A DNA stretch of 64,000 bases from assembly GCA_951406725.2 (NCBI GenBank), contig OX597833.1, positions 39,184,001 to 39,248,000 of the forward strand. The letters run 5' to 3'. The DNA is from Octopus vulgaris. Its lineage: Eukaryota. Below, piece after piece: positions 13,590-27,162 of the stretch. The notes under the pieces were generated by a model. That model was not told the DNA's origin. It saw nothing but the letters and a program-made list of their open reading frames with translations, and searched no databases. The translations under genes were made by a program, and so were the position numbers. Positions within the stretch are counted from its first letter, which is position 1. The number at the start of each line of letters is the position of its first letter.

Positions 13590-14230
13590 ATACAGCTTCT
13601 AACACCACAAATACCACCACAACAGGCACCACCACTGGCAACAATACAAATGACATAAATACCACTGTTACCACTACTACAAACACTGAAGTGAACACTA
13701 TTAGTGCTACCACCACCAATATTACTACAAACACTGCAATCAACATCATTACCGATACCTCTAACAACATCTCTATTATCCTACCAATGCCAACACCACC
13801 ACTGCCATCTACACCAACACTACCACCACCACCACCACCACCACCACCACCACCACCACCATCATCTATACCATCACTACCATCAACACCACCAACAATA
13901 CCACCACCAACACCATTACTATCATTACCATTACCATCACTACCACCAATACCACATACCACGACACACCACCACCACAACCACCACCACCACCACCACC
14001 ACCACAACAACAACAACAACAATTATCACCAACATCACCACCATCACATCAACATCACCACCATCACCACCATCACTAACACATACACCACCACATACAC
14101 CACCACCACCATCACCACCACCACCACCACCACTACCAGCACCAGCACCACCACATACATCACAAGCACCAGCACCAGCACCAACACTACCACCACCACC
14201 ACCACTACCACCACCGCCAATACCACAAAA
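13590..14230. repeat. (ACC)n/(AAC)n low-complexity tract
   Basis: Direct inspection; source of the spurious Thr/Pro/His ORFs. Confidence 0.95.
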
Positions 14231-15763
14231 CTAAGCATTCCCATTTCATTTGAAATATTCTTATGTGTGAAATATTAAATTCTAAGGGAGACATGTCCCC
14301 TATAATTTAGAGTGAAATGGGGACTGCAAATAAATTAATTTCTAAGGAGGATAAATGCACTATGCTGCAGATAATGATGCATACCATTGTATTGCATTGC
14401 ATGTGGTGTTTACTCTGCTTGCATAAAATTAGTGTGCGTTTATGTGTATATATGTGTGTGTAAACTTGTGTTCCTACATATGTATTTGTGTATGTATTAA
14501 TTTGTATATGTGTATGTATTTGTCTGTGTGTGAGTGTGTGTGTATGTGTGCATGTGTGTGTGTGTGTTTGTGTGTGTTTGTGTGTGCACGTGGATTTGTG
14601 AGCATACATATTATTGTTTGTGTATGCATTAATTTGTATATATGAGTATTTGCACGTGTGTGTATGCGTATGTATTTATGTAAGTATTAATTTGTATATG
14701 TAAGTGTGTGGGTGTGTGTGTGCATGTGTGTGCATATAAATGTATTTGTGTATGCATTAATTTGTGTATGTGAGTGTGTTTGCATGTGTATGTGTGTGTC
14801 TAATTTGTATAAGTTGTATATCTGTGTGTGCTCGTGTGTGTATCCCTGAGTGTATGTGTATATCCTTGAGTGTATGTGTGTGCATGCTTGTGCATGAGTA
14901 TCTGTATGTGTGTGTATGTGTGTTACCACCACCACCACCACTACCACCATCATCATCATCATCATCCTTTTCATTCAACATCCATGTTTCCATGCTTGCA
15001 TGGGACATGGAATTTGCTGACACAGATTTCCTATGGACAGAGCCCTTGCCTGTTTCCAGGTAAGACTATGTTTCTCCATGGTCAGACATGTTTTTTTAAC
15101 CGAGGACTGGAAATACACAATCTTGTTTGAATGTTGATGCTCATGTGTAATGTGTGTGTGTTTGTAGATGTGCATATCATCATCATCATCATCATCATCA
15201 TCAACACCGCCACCACCACCAGCATCACCAGCAGCAGCAGCAGCAGCAGCACCACCACCACCACCATCATCATCATCATCCCCACCACTATCACCATTAT
15301 CCTCCCCACCACCGCTGCCACCATCATCACACGATTCTAATATCTACTTTCTCGTGCTGCCTAAAGTGGATGGAGTTTATTGAGGAAGATTTTCTATGAC
15401 CTTTCCTTTCACCAACACAAGGTAATATTTCACCATGGCCAAAGGCGGCGAGCTGGCAGAATTGTTAGCATGCCAGGCAAAATGCTTCGCAGCATTTTGT
15501 CAAATGACTGAAACAAGTAAAAAGCTAAAAGACTTCTTCTGACTTTTCCTTTAGACTACTTCTTCACTTTGGCTTTGCCACCAGATCCTCCTTCCTCCTT
15601 TTTCTTTGCAGCATGTTTTTCTCCCTTTCCTATATTACCATCCATCTTTTAGGGTGGCGTCCTTAATGTCCATGATGTAATGGTGCTAGAGATGCCGTTG
15701 GTAGCATTACTGGTGCCAGTAGTATTTTTGGTGGTATCTGTGGTTCTAATACTGATGTCTGTG

Positions 15764-16240
15764 AAGGGCGGCAAGCTGGCTGGAACGTTAGCATGCTGGA
15801 CGAAATGCTTAGTGGTATTTCATTGGCCTTTACGTTCTGATTTCAAATTCCGTCAAGGTCGACTTTGCCTTTCATCCTTTCAGGGTCGATAAATTAAATA
15901 CCAGTTGCGTACTTGGCTCGATGTAATAGACTAACCCCCTCCCTAAAAATTTCGGGCCTTGTGCCTAGAGTAGACAAAAATACTTATGTCTGTGACAATT
16001 TTGGTTGCATTACTGGTATTTCTGGAGCTGGCAGAAATGTTAGCATGCCGGGCAAAATGCTTAGTGGTATTTTGTCTGTCTTTACGTTCTGAGTTCAAAT
16101 TCTGCCATTGTTGACTTTACCTTTCATCCTTTCGGGTGGGGTGGGGGGTCAACAAATTAAGTACCAGTTGAGTTCTGGGGTTGATCTCATCGACTGGTCT
16201 CCTTCCCCCAAATTTCCAGCCTTGTGCCTAGAGTAAAAAA
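15764..16240 (+). mobile_element. Two tandem SINE family B copies (15764-15980, 16025-16240)
   Basis: gctggc/tggaa..gttagcatgc...ttcaaattc...gactttgcctttcatcctttcagggtcgataaattaaatacc; the core resembles the Meta/Sauria-type SINE domain (from recall). Confidence 0.85.
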
Positions 16241-16899
16241 GATTACCGGTGTTTCTGGTAATGTTTTGGGGTGATTTTGTGGTGGTATGAGGCTTAGTGG
16301 TAAAGGTGTTGGACACATGATTGTAAGATTGTGGTTTCAATTCCTGGATTGGGCGACACATTGTGTTCTTGCACAAAACACTTCATTTCATGTTGCACCA
16401 ATCCATTCAGCTGGCAAAAGTGAGTAATCCTGCAATGGACTAGTGTCCCATCCAGGTGGGGAAACTATACACCATGAAACTGGCCCTTATCAGTTGATAT
16501 GACTTGAGAAAGTAACTTGCATGATCATAAGGTTATGGCTTCAATTCCTAAATTGGATGATGTTCTTAAACAAAACTCTTCATTTCACATTGTTCCACAA
16601 CACTCACCTGTCGAAAGTGAGTACTCCTGCAAAGGCCTGGCATCTCATCCAAGGGGTCAATATATATATATGCTATAAAATCCAGGAAACTGGCCCTATG
16701 AGTCTATATGACTTGGGAAGGTGCTTTATCTTTTACCCTTTGGGGGGTGGTACTGGTGGTGTTGGTGGTGATGTTAGGAGTGCTATTGGTAGTGGTGGTG
16801 GTGATGGTAATATCAAATTGAAGTAAGGTGGTAAGCTGGTAGGATCATTAGCATGGCAGGCAAAATGCTTAGAGGCATTTTGTCCATCTTTATGTTTAA

Positions 16900-17485
16900 C
16901 CCTTTAGCATTCAGATTAATCTGTCAAATGTAAATGTAAAAGATCCCCTTTAGTCATGAATAGCCATGGAATCACACCTGGAAAGAACCCTTCTGAGACA
17001 CAAGTCCAGGCAAGGCTGTTCATGGAAGACCAGCAGTCGCCTATGCTTACCAGCCTCCTCTCTCCATGCCACCGATGTTATCCAAGGGAAAGGTCGATGT
17101 TATCCAAGGAAAAGCCGATACAACTTGACACCAGTGACGTTGCAACTCATTTCTACAGCTGAGTGAACTGGAGGAATATGAAATAAAGTGTCTTGCTCAA
17201 AAATACAACACACATCCCAGTCCAGGAATCGAACTCACTAGCTCATGAGTGTGAGCCTGACACTCTAACCAATAAGCCATATGTCATCAAATGAAATGTG
17301 TCTGTCAAATGTAATGCTTATTTATTCACATGCATTATATTGTAGCTTTGCGATTTTGATGATGTGATTGTTTATTTTTAAAATGGCATTGTAGGGTAGT
17401 TGTGAGAAGCCTGATATGGTCAATTTGAACATTGAACAGATAGAATATTTGGGCAGGACATGTGAGTTTAAATGTTAAGACAGTG
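16900..17485. mobile_element. piggyBac-type (TTAA) MITE interrupted by a family D SINE
   Basis: ttaa|ccctttagcatt left end; body matches 37858-38078 and 60937-61154. Confidence 0.7.
16938..17290 (-). mobile_element. SINE family D (tRNA-like head)
   Basis: Matches 26115, 26483 and 27690; flanked by repeat tctgtcaaatgtaa (16920-16933 and 17301-17314). Confidence 0.85.
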
Positions 17486-18829
17486 AACTAGCTGGATTGT
17501 TAGGACACTGGGCAAAAGTGTGTGGTGGCATGTCACCTGTCCTTATGTTCTGAGTTCAAAGTCTACCAAGGTTGGCTTTAACTTTCATCTTTTAGGGGTC
17601 GATAAAATAAGTGCCAGTGGAGCACTGGGGTTGATGTAATTGACTTACCCAGGTTCTTCGAACTTGCTGGCCTGGTGCTAAAATTTGGAACCAATATCAA
17701 ATTGAAGTATAAACATGTTTAAATAAAAGCTAGAAGTAAGAAGTAAAAGAAAAGAGTTGATGGATGGATTTAAGGTGAGCAAAAGAATGATGAGAGAATA
17801 TGAAGAGGAGAAGGAGGAGCAGTAAGAGGAAGGGGATTTGAAATGAATGAATGAAAAGAAGCCCAAGAAGTACAAGATCAAGAAGAAGAAGAAAAAACAA
17901 GAAGATTATGAAGAAAAAGTGTTTTAAGGGTAGATTGAGAAGAAGTAGAAGAAAAAAAAGGAAGAATAAAAGAATGATTAAAAATTGTTAAAGAAACCAG
18001 TAACAACAACAACAACAGAAGTAATCATAACAACAACAATAATTTTCATAAACAGATGTAAAATTTAATAAAAAGGAAAAACTTTTTACGAAAATTGCTG
18101 AAAATAAAACAAAACAAAACAAACATGAAATTAAAATAAAAATGAAAAAAAATGTAACAGACAAACAAAGAAATAATAGGAGGAAATAACTAAGAGGAAT
18201 TTCTGTAAGGAAATTAAATCTGCTCCCCACCAAAATGGTTACAATTCCTGGAATGGAATGAAGAATTTTCAGTGGCATTTATTGCTTTTTATATAAATGT
18301 CTTCAAACTTGTGTTTCTTGTTTTAAACATCTACAAATATGCAATTTTTCTTCTATTTTTACTTTCAGTTCTTCTTTCTGTTCCATCTCTTTTAAAATTA
18401 CTACCATTATACATATTTATTGATGCCCTTTTGTTAATTTTTTTGTTGTTGCTGGGCATTTTTATAATTTTTCTTATTTCCTATGTTTATGTTATTTTTA
18501 TTATTGTTGTTTAACTCCCAGGTTGGCACTGATCCCTAAGACCCATTGATCAAAGCATTCCTTTCATAATTACCCTGCTTTTTGTGCCTTATTTTCAGAC
18601 AGTGCACTATATTAGCCAACATCATCCTTTTTTTATACAGCAGAAGATTATAATTTGAGGAATATTTGGTTGTTATATCTAGCAGGGTGAGTAGCTGCAT
18701 AAACAAACTCATTTTAGTTTGGCATTTTTGGTTGGTTCATTCTATTATTTCATATGTTTAGACAGAAATGGTGACCAACCATTCTCTTAATTTAACAGTT
18801 TAGGAAATGTATATGTAATATTGTTGTTG

Positions 18830-19110
18830 TTTGTTCCTTCTTGAGCCATTCTTGGCTCATAAGGGCCAGTTTCCTGGTTTCATTGGTGCATAGGTTCCCC
18901 ACCTGGATGGAATGTTGGTCCATCACAGGTGAGCTGCCAGTGAGAGAAAGTTGTGGTGAAAGAGTCAGCAGAGGTTTGCCATTACCTTCTGCTGGAGTCG
19001 CTTAGGTGCTTTGCTCATAAACACACACATTGCCCGGTCAGAGATTTGAACCCGCAGTCCCCCAACTGTAAGTCTGCTGCTCTAACCACTAAGCCACATG
19101 CCTCCACATA
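18830..19110 (-). mobile_element. SINE family C
   Basis: Head gtggaggcatgtggcttagtggttagagcag...gggttcaaatc; tail aaggaacaaacaacaac. Confidence 0.85.
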
Positions 19111-19445
19111 TGTAATATTGGTATTTGGTTTATTTTACTATTTTGTGTAATTAAGCAATGTATTTTAATGATTAGCTGAGTATCATTAATTAAACATATT
19201 CTGTTAGAACATAATACACTGAATTTACAATGAGTACTCTTTGTATAAATTGTCAAAAATTTTAATACTATAAAGTATTTAGACATTAATATGAGCGATT
19301 ATATATACTGTATTTTGAAATAATAGCATGAAATTCAATATCAAAAAAATTTTTCATGAAGATATATCTATCTATAAAAGGGTATTGTATTAAATATATA
19401 TATAAATATATGAAACATGACAGCTTAAAAGTTTGTTAATCAATG

Positions 19446-19537
19446 CATCTTACGATCGTTTCATGAAAGTATTGTCATTATAATGGAATCCATTGTTGAT
19501 ACACATTGACAGACATTACTTCCGCTCGTCAGAGATG
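19446..19537 (-). ncRNA. Type I hammerhead ribozyme motif, canonical core
   Basis: catct-CTGACGA-(extended stem II gcggaagtaatgtc/gacaatactttcat)-GAAAC-gatc-GTA-agatg; stem I 5 bp, palindromic stem III acgatcgt. Confidence 0.75.
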
Positions 19538-20649
19538 GAGAAGATAAAGTTGTAATAATGAATCTATTAGCTGAGTGGAAAAATGAAACAGCTTGCATAT
19601 TTTGTATATTTTGTTGTGTGGAGGTGCAATGGCCCAGTGGTTAGGGCAGCGGACTCATGGTTGTAGGATTGCAGTTTCAATTCCCAGACCGGGCATTGTG
19701 AGTGTTTATTGAGCGAAAACACCTAAAGCTCCACAAGGCATTAAGGGAAGGAAGCACTATAGAAATGGTAAATGGTTTGTGGCCCAAAAGAAATCATTTA
19801 AAACCTGCTAAAATGATAATTGAAGTGGTTTATATGATGATTGGAAATATAATTTTGAAGTCTTTATGGTATTATAGTGAGGATCTGATCAAAGACTTTG
19901 CAATTAAAGAATAGCAGGAGAAAACTTTTCAAATATAAATAACGGAAAATAAATATTATTATAGAAATAAACATTATTTATGCTTTGAATTACATATATA
20001 ACGGGTATATCAAAATCTTAGGGTACGGGCCATAATCCAGCCCTGTATGTGTGTATATCCCTGTGTCTATGTTTGTTCCCTGCTCATTGCTTGACAAAAA
20101 GTGTTGCTTTGTTTATATCCCCTGTAACTTAGAAGTTTAGTGAAAAAAAAAGGTCCAATAGAATCCATACCAGACTTAAAGCAAAATAAGTATCGCAGTC
20201 AATCGTTTCAACTAAAACTCTTCAAGGTGGTACTCCAGCATGGCCACAGTCCAATGATTGAAACAAGTAAAGGATAAAAGGTAGACTTAACATAAAGTAC
20301 CAGTTAATTTTTTTATAGGCACAATGGGGACAGACGTACTTATCTACTTCTTTGTCTACTTTGATAAAAAATAAATGTCTTTACAACTAATATAAAAAAA
20401 TTCTTTAACCTAATTCAGTACATTAGTTATGGTCATTGATACCACGAAACTTGTTACAATCCAACATAGATCCTGAAGGTTACTAATGAGTGTCACATAA
20501 TCTCTGAAGATTTGACAAGGTAATCTCCTTATAAGTGTTTTTTTTGTATAACAAATACTTTTCATTGTTAATGAAGTACATGCAAGATGATGTAACTAAA
20601 TAACAAACGCCCCCTACTTTGTTTTGTTTCTTCTATATGTACTCCATGA

Positions 20650-20771
20650 TCTATCTTTTGCTGAACTGCTAAATTAGAGACATAAACATACCAACACTGG
20701 TTTTCAAGCAGTGGTGGGGGACAAACACAAAGGCAAAAACACACATATAGACATGTACATACACACATATG

Positions 20772-20827
<56 letters not shown>

Positions 20828-21265
20828 ATGTATTGGTTTATGTCTATCACTGTTTGAGTTGCATAATAGTGCTTTTATCTCTAATTCATATTATATATAT
20901 ATATATATACCATGGGCTTCTTTCAGTTTCCGTCTACCAAATCCATTCACAAGGTCTTGGTCAGTCCAAGGCTATAGTAGAAGACACTTGCCCAAGGTGC
21001 CATGCAGTGAGATCGAACCCAGAACCATGTGGTTGGGAAGCAAGCTTCTAACTACACAGCCACATATGTGTATATAAATATATATATATATATATATATA
21101 CAATGGGCTTCTTTCAGTTCCTTACCACCAAATCCACTCACATGGTTTTGGTAAGCTCAATGCTATAGTAGAAAACACTTACCTAAGGTGCCACACAGTG
21201 GGATTGAAACTGGAACCATGTGGTTGGGGAGCAAGCATCTTACCACACAGCTGCCCCTGCTCCTA
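20650..21265 (-). mobile_element. SINE family A, with a second tandem head (21100-21265)
   Basis: Two consecutive family A 5' halves separated by (TA)n. Confidence 0.8.
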
Positions 21266-21272
21266 TAGTGCA

Positions 21273-21380
21273 ATGCTTAAAACACCTAGGTTTCCCAAGT
21301 GGCCACATATCTAAGTACTAACTAGGCTTGACATTGCTTAACTTTGGTGATGTGGAGAAGAACTGGTGCATTCAACGTTG
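21273..21380 (-). pseudogene. 5S rRNA pseudogene or 5S-derived sequence, 5'-truncated
   Basis: Reverse complement caacgttgaatgcaccagttcttctccacatcaccaaagttaagcaatgtcaagcctagttagtacttagatatgtggccacttgggaaacctaggtgttttaagc follows metazoan 5S rRNA (A box agttaagc, C box region), with CpG decay. Confidence 0.85.
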
Positions 21381-21719
21381 TTTTTTGGAAGACGTATAAG
21401 AACATGCATAGGGTTCTAAATACTGGTTATTTATCATGCAATTTAAATTTAAATCACACACACACACACACGCACACACATACACACACACGTGAGTGTG
21501 TATATATTATGGAATGATTATTATTATTTATTATGTATTATTTATGATTTATTTAGCATTTTTCAATTAATTTTAAAAAAAATTTAATTTATATTTATTA
21601 TAATTTTTCAAAGTTTATTTTTATTATTAATTTTATTTCAATTATTCCTTTTCTTTGTTTATTTATCCTTTATTTTTTTCTTAGCTATGTTTAAGTGTGT
21701 GTATGTGTGTGTGTGCGTG

Positions 21720-21775
<56 letters not shown>

Positions 21776-22528
21776 TGTGTGTGTATGTGTGTGTGTGTAT
21801 ATGTGTGTGCTTTAGCTTAATTTTAATATTTTTTTGCCACCTTTCTATCCCATGCAAAATAAATAAATAAATAAATAGAAATACAGAAAAATAATTATTT
21901 CCTTTTAAAATATATTTTTGGAACTTTTATTTTTATATTTTGAAAGTAAATTTCTTGATTTATATTTTATTATATTTGCTTTAAATAAAACATTAAAACA
22001 ACGAAAAAAATCTCAACAAATTTAAACTTTATTTTTATGGCTTTTTTTGTAATTATTATTTCCTCAACCTTTTCAATTGTACATTAAACAGTCTTTTTTC
22101 TTTAATTTTACCTTATTGCTTTATATTTTTACTTGTTTATTATTTTCTACAATTTCGTAATACTCATTATTATTTTTATTATTATTATTCTTATTATTAT
22201 TATTATTAATACTATTTGATTTTCTTTTTGTTTTTGATTTGTGATTTATTTGATGTCAAATTTCAATTTCATTTAACTAACTTGGTCAATTATTCTGCTG
22301 CCATCCCTTCTTCTCCTTTCCAATCTGTCCATCCAACCATCTGTCCGTCCATCCATCCATCAAACCTACCAACCAACCAACCAACCAACCAACCAACCAG
22401 CCAACCATCCAGCCAACCAACCAACCAACCAACAAACAAGTAAACCAAAACAGCAAACCCTATCCCATCATGCCTCCATTCAATGTCATGCAACACCACC
22501 ACCATTGCCAGCATCACCACAACCACTG

Positions 22529-22559
<31 letters not shown>

Positions 22560-23064
22560 CGCTGCCACTGTCCCCACCAATTCCACCACCGCCGCCGCCA
22601 CCACCACCACCACCCTCTAACCATTGCTCCGTTTGTTCACACATCCAGCATATCAAACATCTGTTCATCCATGAATTTTATCTGGTGGTCTGTCAGCCAT
22701 TTCCTATACATCTGTCTGTCTGTCTGAATGTCTCAATGTCTGTCTGTTGATTGTTGGTTTTTTTTTATGCCTTTCGGTCTACCCATCCGACCATTTATCA
22801 GTTGGTCTATCCTCTAAAAAAAAAAATATGGGTAGGAAGGAGAATTTCCAGGAGTATGTATTCAGGGTAGATAGTTTAAGATTTACGTGAAGGGTATTAG
22901 ACAAAGTAGGAAAACAAGCAAAGAAAAAGAAAATATATTCTGGTTTTGGGCCTTGAGTGTAAATGATATTCAATTTGCTAGTTCAGAGCAGAAGCTGTAG
23001 TAGTAGCAGTGCAAGATGTACAGAGAGTAAACAATATATCTATTATATAGTTCTTATTACTTAA

Positions 23065-23395
23065 GTGAAGCCATGCAGCTTAGTGGTTAGGGTATTCAGG
23101 TCATGATTGTAAGGTTGTGAGTTTAATTCTCAGTTGTATATTGTGTCCTTCAGTAAGACACTTTATTTCATGTTGCTCCAGTCCACTCAGCTAGCAAAAA
23201 TTACCTGTAATTCAAAAAGTACCTGTAATTCAAAGGGCCAGCCTTGTCACACTCTGTGTCACACCGAATCTCCCTGGGAAGGGTGCATGTGTCTGTGGAG
23301 TACTCAACCACTTGTACGTTAATTTCATGAGCAAGCTGATCTGTTGATCAGATCAACTGGAACCCTCGTCATCATAACAGACGGTATGCCATTAC
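23065..23395 (+). mobile_element. SINE family F (tRNA-like head)
   Basis: gtgaagccatgcagcttagtggttagg...ctccagtccactcagct...aattcaaagggccagccttgtcacact; second copy at 43120-43420 (-). Confidence 0.75.
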
Positions 23396-24019
23396 TTACA
23401 TAAACCATTCACTCCCTATGGAGGAGGTTCTTATGTTTCCCCTAGGGAAGACTTTACTCTTCTAACTTTTGTTGGTTTTGAATTGTCATCAATGCTTCTG
23501 TAGCCTTGCTTTTTGTAATCAAACCCAGTTTTACTTCAGCTTGTGCCACATAAAACACATTCATCCCGGTGTTGGGGCCAGATAAAAAGCACCTATGCTG
23601 GTACCACCTATAAAACACTGGTGCTAGTGCCACTTAAGAAGCACCCAGTACACTTTGTAAAGTGGTTGGCATAAAGAAGGGTATCCAGCTGTAGAAACCA
23701 TACCTAACAAATTCTGGGGAGGAGTAAGAGGATTACATTGACCCCAGGCTCAAATACTATTTATCTTATCAACTCTGAAAGGATCAAAAGTAAAGTTGAC
23801 CTCAGCAAAATTTGAACTCAGAATGTAAACACAGATGAGAGATGCAGTGAAGCATTTAGCCCAATGTGGTAATGATTCTGCCAGCTTACTGCCTTAGTCA
23901 CAGGTAATATTGCCATTTAGATATTTAAACTGGGAGGGTGTGGCTCGTTTATTATTACATTAAAAAAGTGTAAAGAGGGAGGGTGATATTGATCGATGAT
24001 TAAGTTTTCTGAACTCTGG

Positions 24020-24230
24020 TTTCAAATTTTGGCACATGTCAGCAATTTCAGGAGAGAAGGGAAGTCGATTACATTGACCCCAGTGCTCAACTGGTACTTT
24101 TTTTTTCACCCCAGAAGGTTGAAAGGCAAAGTCACCCTTGGCGGAACTTGAACTCAGAACATGAAGATGGACAAAATGTCACTAATAATTTTGCCCTGCA
24201 TACTAACAATTCTGCCATCTCGCTGCCTTA
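24020..24230 (-). mobile_element. SINE family B (another degraded copy at 23715-23895)
   Basis: Family B consensus match. Confidence 0.8.
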
Positions 24231-24239
24231 AGTTTTCTG

Positions 24240-24590
24240 ACATTAAACATCAAACTCATTTGCACATCACCTGTTACAGTTGCTATGATGATGACTCATG
24301 GGGCTTCCTAAGTATGAGCTACTTGAGAATTATCATTAAGCATACTGTAGCACAATGACCTGCTCAGATATGAGCTTGGCGATGGCTTACTGCTTTCTAA
24401 TGCTGAGGTTGCCATCAAGTAAAAACTTAATTGTGGGTTCATTCCCCACCTGCCAACTCCTCACTTCTTGCCATTCTCCTGTATAATAATGTGGTTACAC
24501 AGTTGAAGAATATATTAAACCGTACAGGAGTCAGTACAGAGCCTTGCCTAACTCCCCTCTTTACAATAAAGTGCTCATATTACTGTCCTT
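24240..24590 (-). mobile_element. RTE-like LINE reverse transcriptase fragment, decayed
   Basis: FIVKRGVRQGSVLTPVRFNIFFN (cf. GVRQGCVLSPxLFNI). Confidence 0.65.
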
Positions 24591-24984
24591 CAAAAAAAGA
24601 AAAAAAAGGACCATTTTTCTTGGAGATTGTAATTGAAATTCACAACACACACGCACATACACACATACACACACACACACACTATAGACACACTTTAATC
24701 ATACCTCATTTGGTTCCCATATATTCATATTTCAAAAGGGAAGTAAGTTTTTACATGAAATGTCCCATAAGTTTGTCACCACTTTACATCATGTTGATGT
24801 TTAAATGTTGTTTTACACATAGGACATCTGGTACACTAAGACCACAACATCAAATTCCAATAATCCAGCAATCCAATATTCCTATATTCCAATAATCCAA
24901 TATTCAAATATTCTGTTTTCATTCATAAGAATTGACACTGACCATCTGCTACTGAATACAGATAACCACATTGGTACAGCTTTG

Positions 24985-25245
24985 CTGCTGATGTTGTTGC
25001 TATTGTTGTTGTTGTTTGGTTGCTGTTGTTGTTGTTGTAGTTGTTATTACTGTTGGTGCTTTTGTTGTTGCTGTTGTTGCTGTAAATATTGTTGCTTTTC
25101 TTGTTGCTACTATTGCTGTTGCTGTTATTGTTGTTGCTATTGTTATTGTTATTGTTGTTGCTGCTGTTATTGTTATTGTTGCTGTTGTTGTTATTGTTGT
25201 TGTGATTGTTATTGTTGCCGTTATTGTTATTGTTATCGTTATTGC

Positions 25246-25291
<46 letters not shown>

Positions 25292-25440
25292 ATTGTTGTT
25301 GTTGTTGTTGATGTTGCTATTGTTGTTATTGCTATTTTTCTTGTTGCTACAATTGCTGTTGTTATGGTTATTGTTATTGCTGTTGTTATGGTTCTTGTTA
25401 TTGCAGCTGTTGTTGTTGCCACTGTTATTATTGTTCTTGT
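24985..25440. repeat. (TTG)n/(TTA)n/(CTG)n trinucleotide tract
   Basis: Direct inspection. Confidence 0.95.
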
Positions 25441-25441
25441 T

Positions 25442-25855
25442 TCTTATTTCTTTATTGCCCACAAGGGGCTATACTCAGAGGGGACAAACAAGGACAGACA
25501 AAAGGATTAAGTCAATTATATCGACCCCAGTGCATAACTGGTACTTATTTAATCGACCCCGAAAGGATGAAAGGCAAAGTCGACCTCGGCAGAATTTGAA
25601 CTCAGAACGCAGATGAAATACCAATTTCTTTACAACCCACAAGGGGCTAAACACAAAGAGGACAAACAAAGACAGACAAACGGATTAAGTCGATTATACT
25701 AACCCCAGTGTGTAACTGGTACTTATTTAATCAACCCCGAAAGGATGAAAGGCAAAGTCGACTTTGGTGGAATTTGAACTCAGAACGTAATGGCAGACGA
25801 AATACCACTTAGCATTTAGCCCCATGTGCTAACAATTCTGCCAGCTCGCCACCTT
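25442..25855 (-). mobile_element. Tandem dimer of a SINE B variant with an alternative tail
   Basis: Two units (25445-25623, 25624-25855) with tail gtctgtccttgtttgtcccctc...gtgggcaataaagaaat; same tail at 63015-63087. Confidence 0.85.
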
Positions 25856-26114
25856 ATTATAAGAACAATAATAACAGAACACTGTTATTATTGTTCTTGT
25901 TTCTTTCACAGTTATTGCTGCTGTTGCTGTTGCCGTTGCTGGTGCCAATGCTGTTGATTCTGTAATTGTTACCATGGTTGCTATGAGGGTGGCAAGCTTC
26001 AGAATTATTGGCACCAGCTTATCCATTTTTATGTTCTGAATTCAAATTCTGCTGAGGTTACCCTTGCCTTTCACCCTTTCAAGGTCCATAAAATAAACAC
26101 CAGTCAATTACTAG

Positions 26115-26800
26115 AAGACCCCTTTTGATCATGAATGACCATGGGATTACACCTAGAAAGATCCCCTCAGAGGCATAAGTCTGGGAAAGGTTGTTTTATG
26201 GAAGACCAACGGTATTCCATGCATACCGGCCTCTCCTCTCCACACCACTGATGTTATTCAAAGGAAAGGAAAAGGCCGATACAGCTTGGCACCAGTGATA
26301 TCGCAACTCATATCTACAGCTGAGTGAACTGGAGCAATGTGAAATAAAGAGTCTTGCTCAAGAACACAACACACAGCCTGGTTCAGGAATTGAACTCACT
26401 ACCTCAGGATTGTGAGCCTGATTCTCTAACCACTAAGCCATGCACCTTCGCACATATACATGCATGCATACATATATACATAAAGATCCCCTTTGATCAT
26501 GATGACCATGGGATTGCACCTAGAATGTTCCCCTCTGAGGCACAAGTCCGGGCAAGGTTGTGTATGGAACATTGTCAGTTACTCATGCATGCCACCCTCC
26601 CCTCTCTGTGCCACTGATGTTATCCAAGGTAAAGGCAAAGGCTTCGCACCAGTGACATCATTTCTACAGCTGAGTGAACTGGAGCAATGTGAAATAAAGC
26701 GTCTTGCTCAAGAACACAACACACAGCCTGGTCCAGGAATTGAACTCACTACCTTATGATTGTGAGTCCAAAGCTCTAACCACTGAGCTGTGCACTTTCG
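26115..26800 (-). mobile_element. Two tandem SINE family D copies nested in a family B SINE
   Basis: Copies at 26115-26450 and 26483-26800; SINE B 5' part at 25990-26112 resumes at 26801-26870. Confidence 0.85.
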
Positions 26801-27022
26801 ATTACTGGTGTCCATGTAATCGACTTACCTCCTCCACCAAAGTTACTGGCCTTGTGTCAAAATCTGAAACCTTTATCATAGTTGCTACAGTTGTTTAACA
26901 CTATTCCAACCACAATCTACTCCCACAGATAGATAAAAAAAAAATATAAATGCACCCTTTTTGCTATGACCAAATTGCCCCTGGCTACAAATGCAACTCA
27001 GCACCTAGCAGTAACTTACACT

Positions 27023-27162
27023 CAGGGGCGGACTGAGCTGTTGGTCAATTGGGCACTGCCCAAGGGCCTGGAGTTCTACATATTAACTCTACTGATATCA
27101 ATGCTAAGGAGTCTGGTAAACAGTTATGCCTGAGGGCCCTTAATACTCTCAGTCCACCCCTG
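27023..27162. mobile_element. 140-bp hAT-type MITE
   Basis: TIR caggggcggactgag / ctcagtccacccctg (14/15); perfect 8-bp TSD cttacact (27015-27022, 27163-27170). Confidence 0.92.

Noticed and set aside
20425-20520. tggt..acca-c-GAAAC-tt-GTT resembling a hammerhead 3' half
   Set aside because: No CUGANGA-like core or stem I in the right position
23555-23660. Short spaced repeats (aaaagcacc) resembling a CRISPR array
   Set aside because: Degenerate internal sub-repeats of SINE E in eukaryotic DNA; no constant repeat-spacer structure
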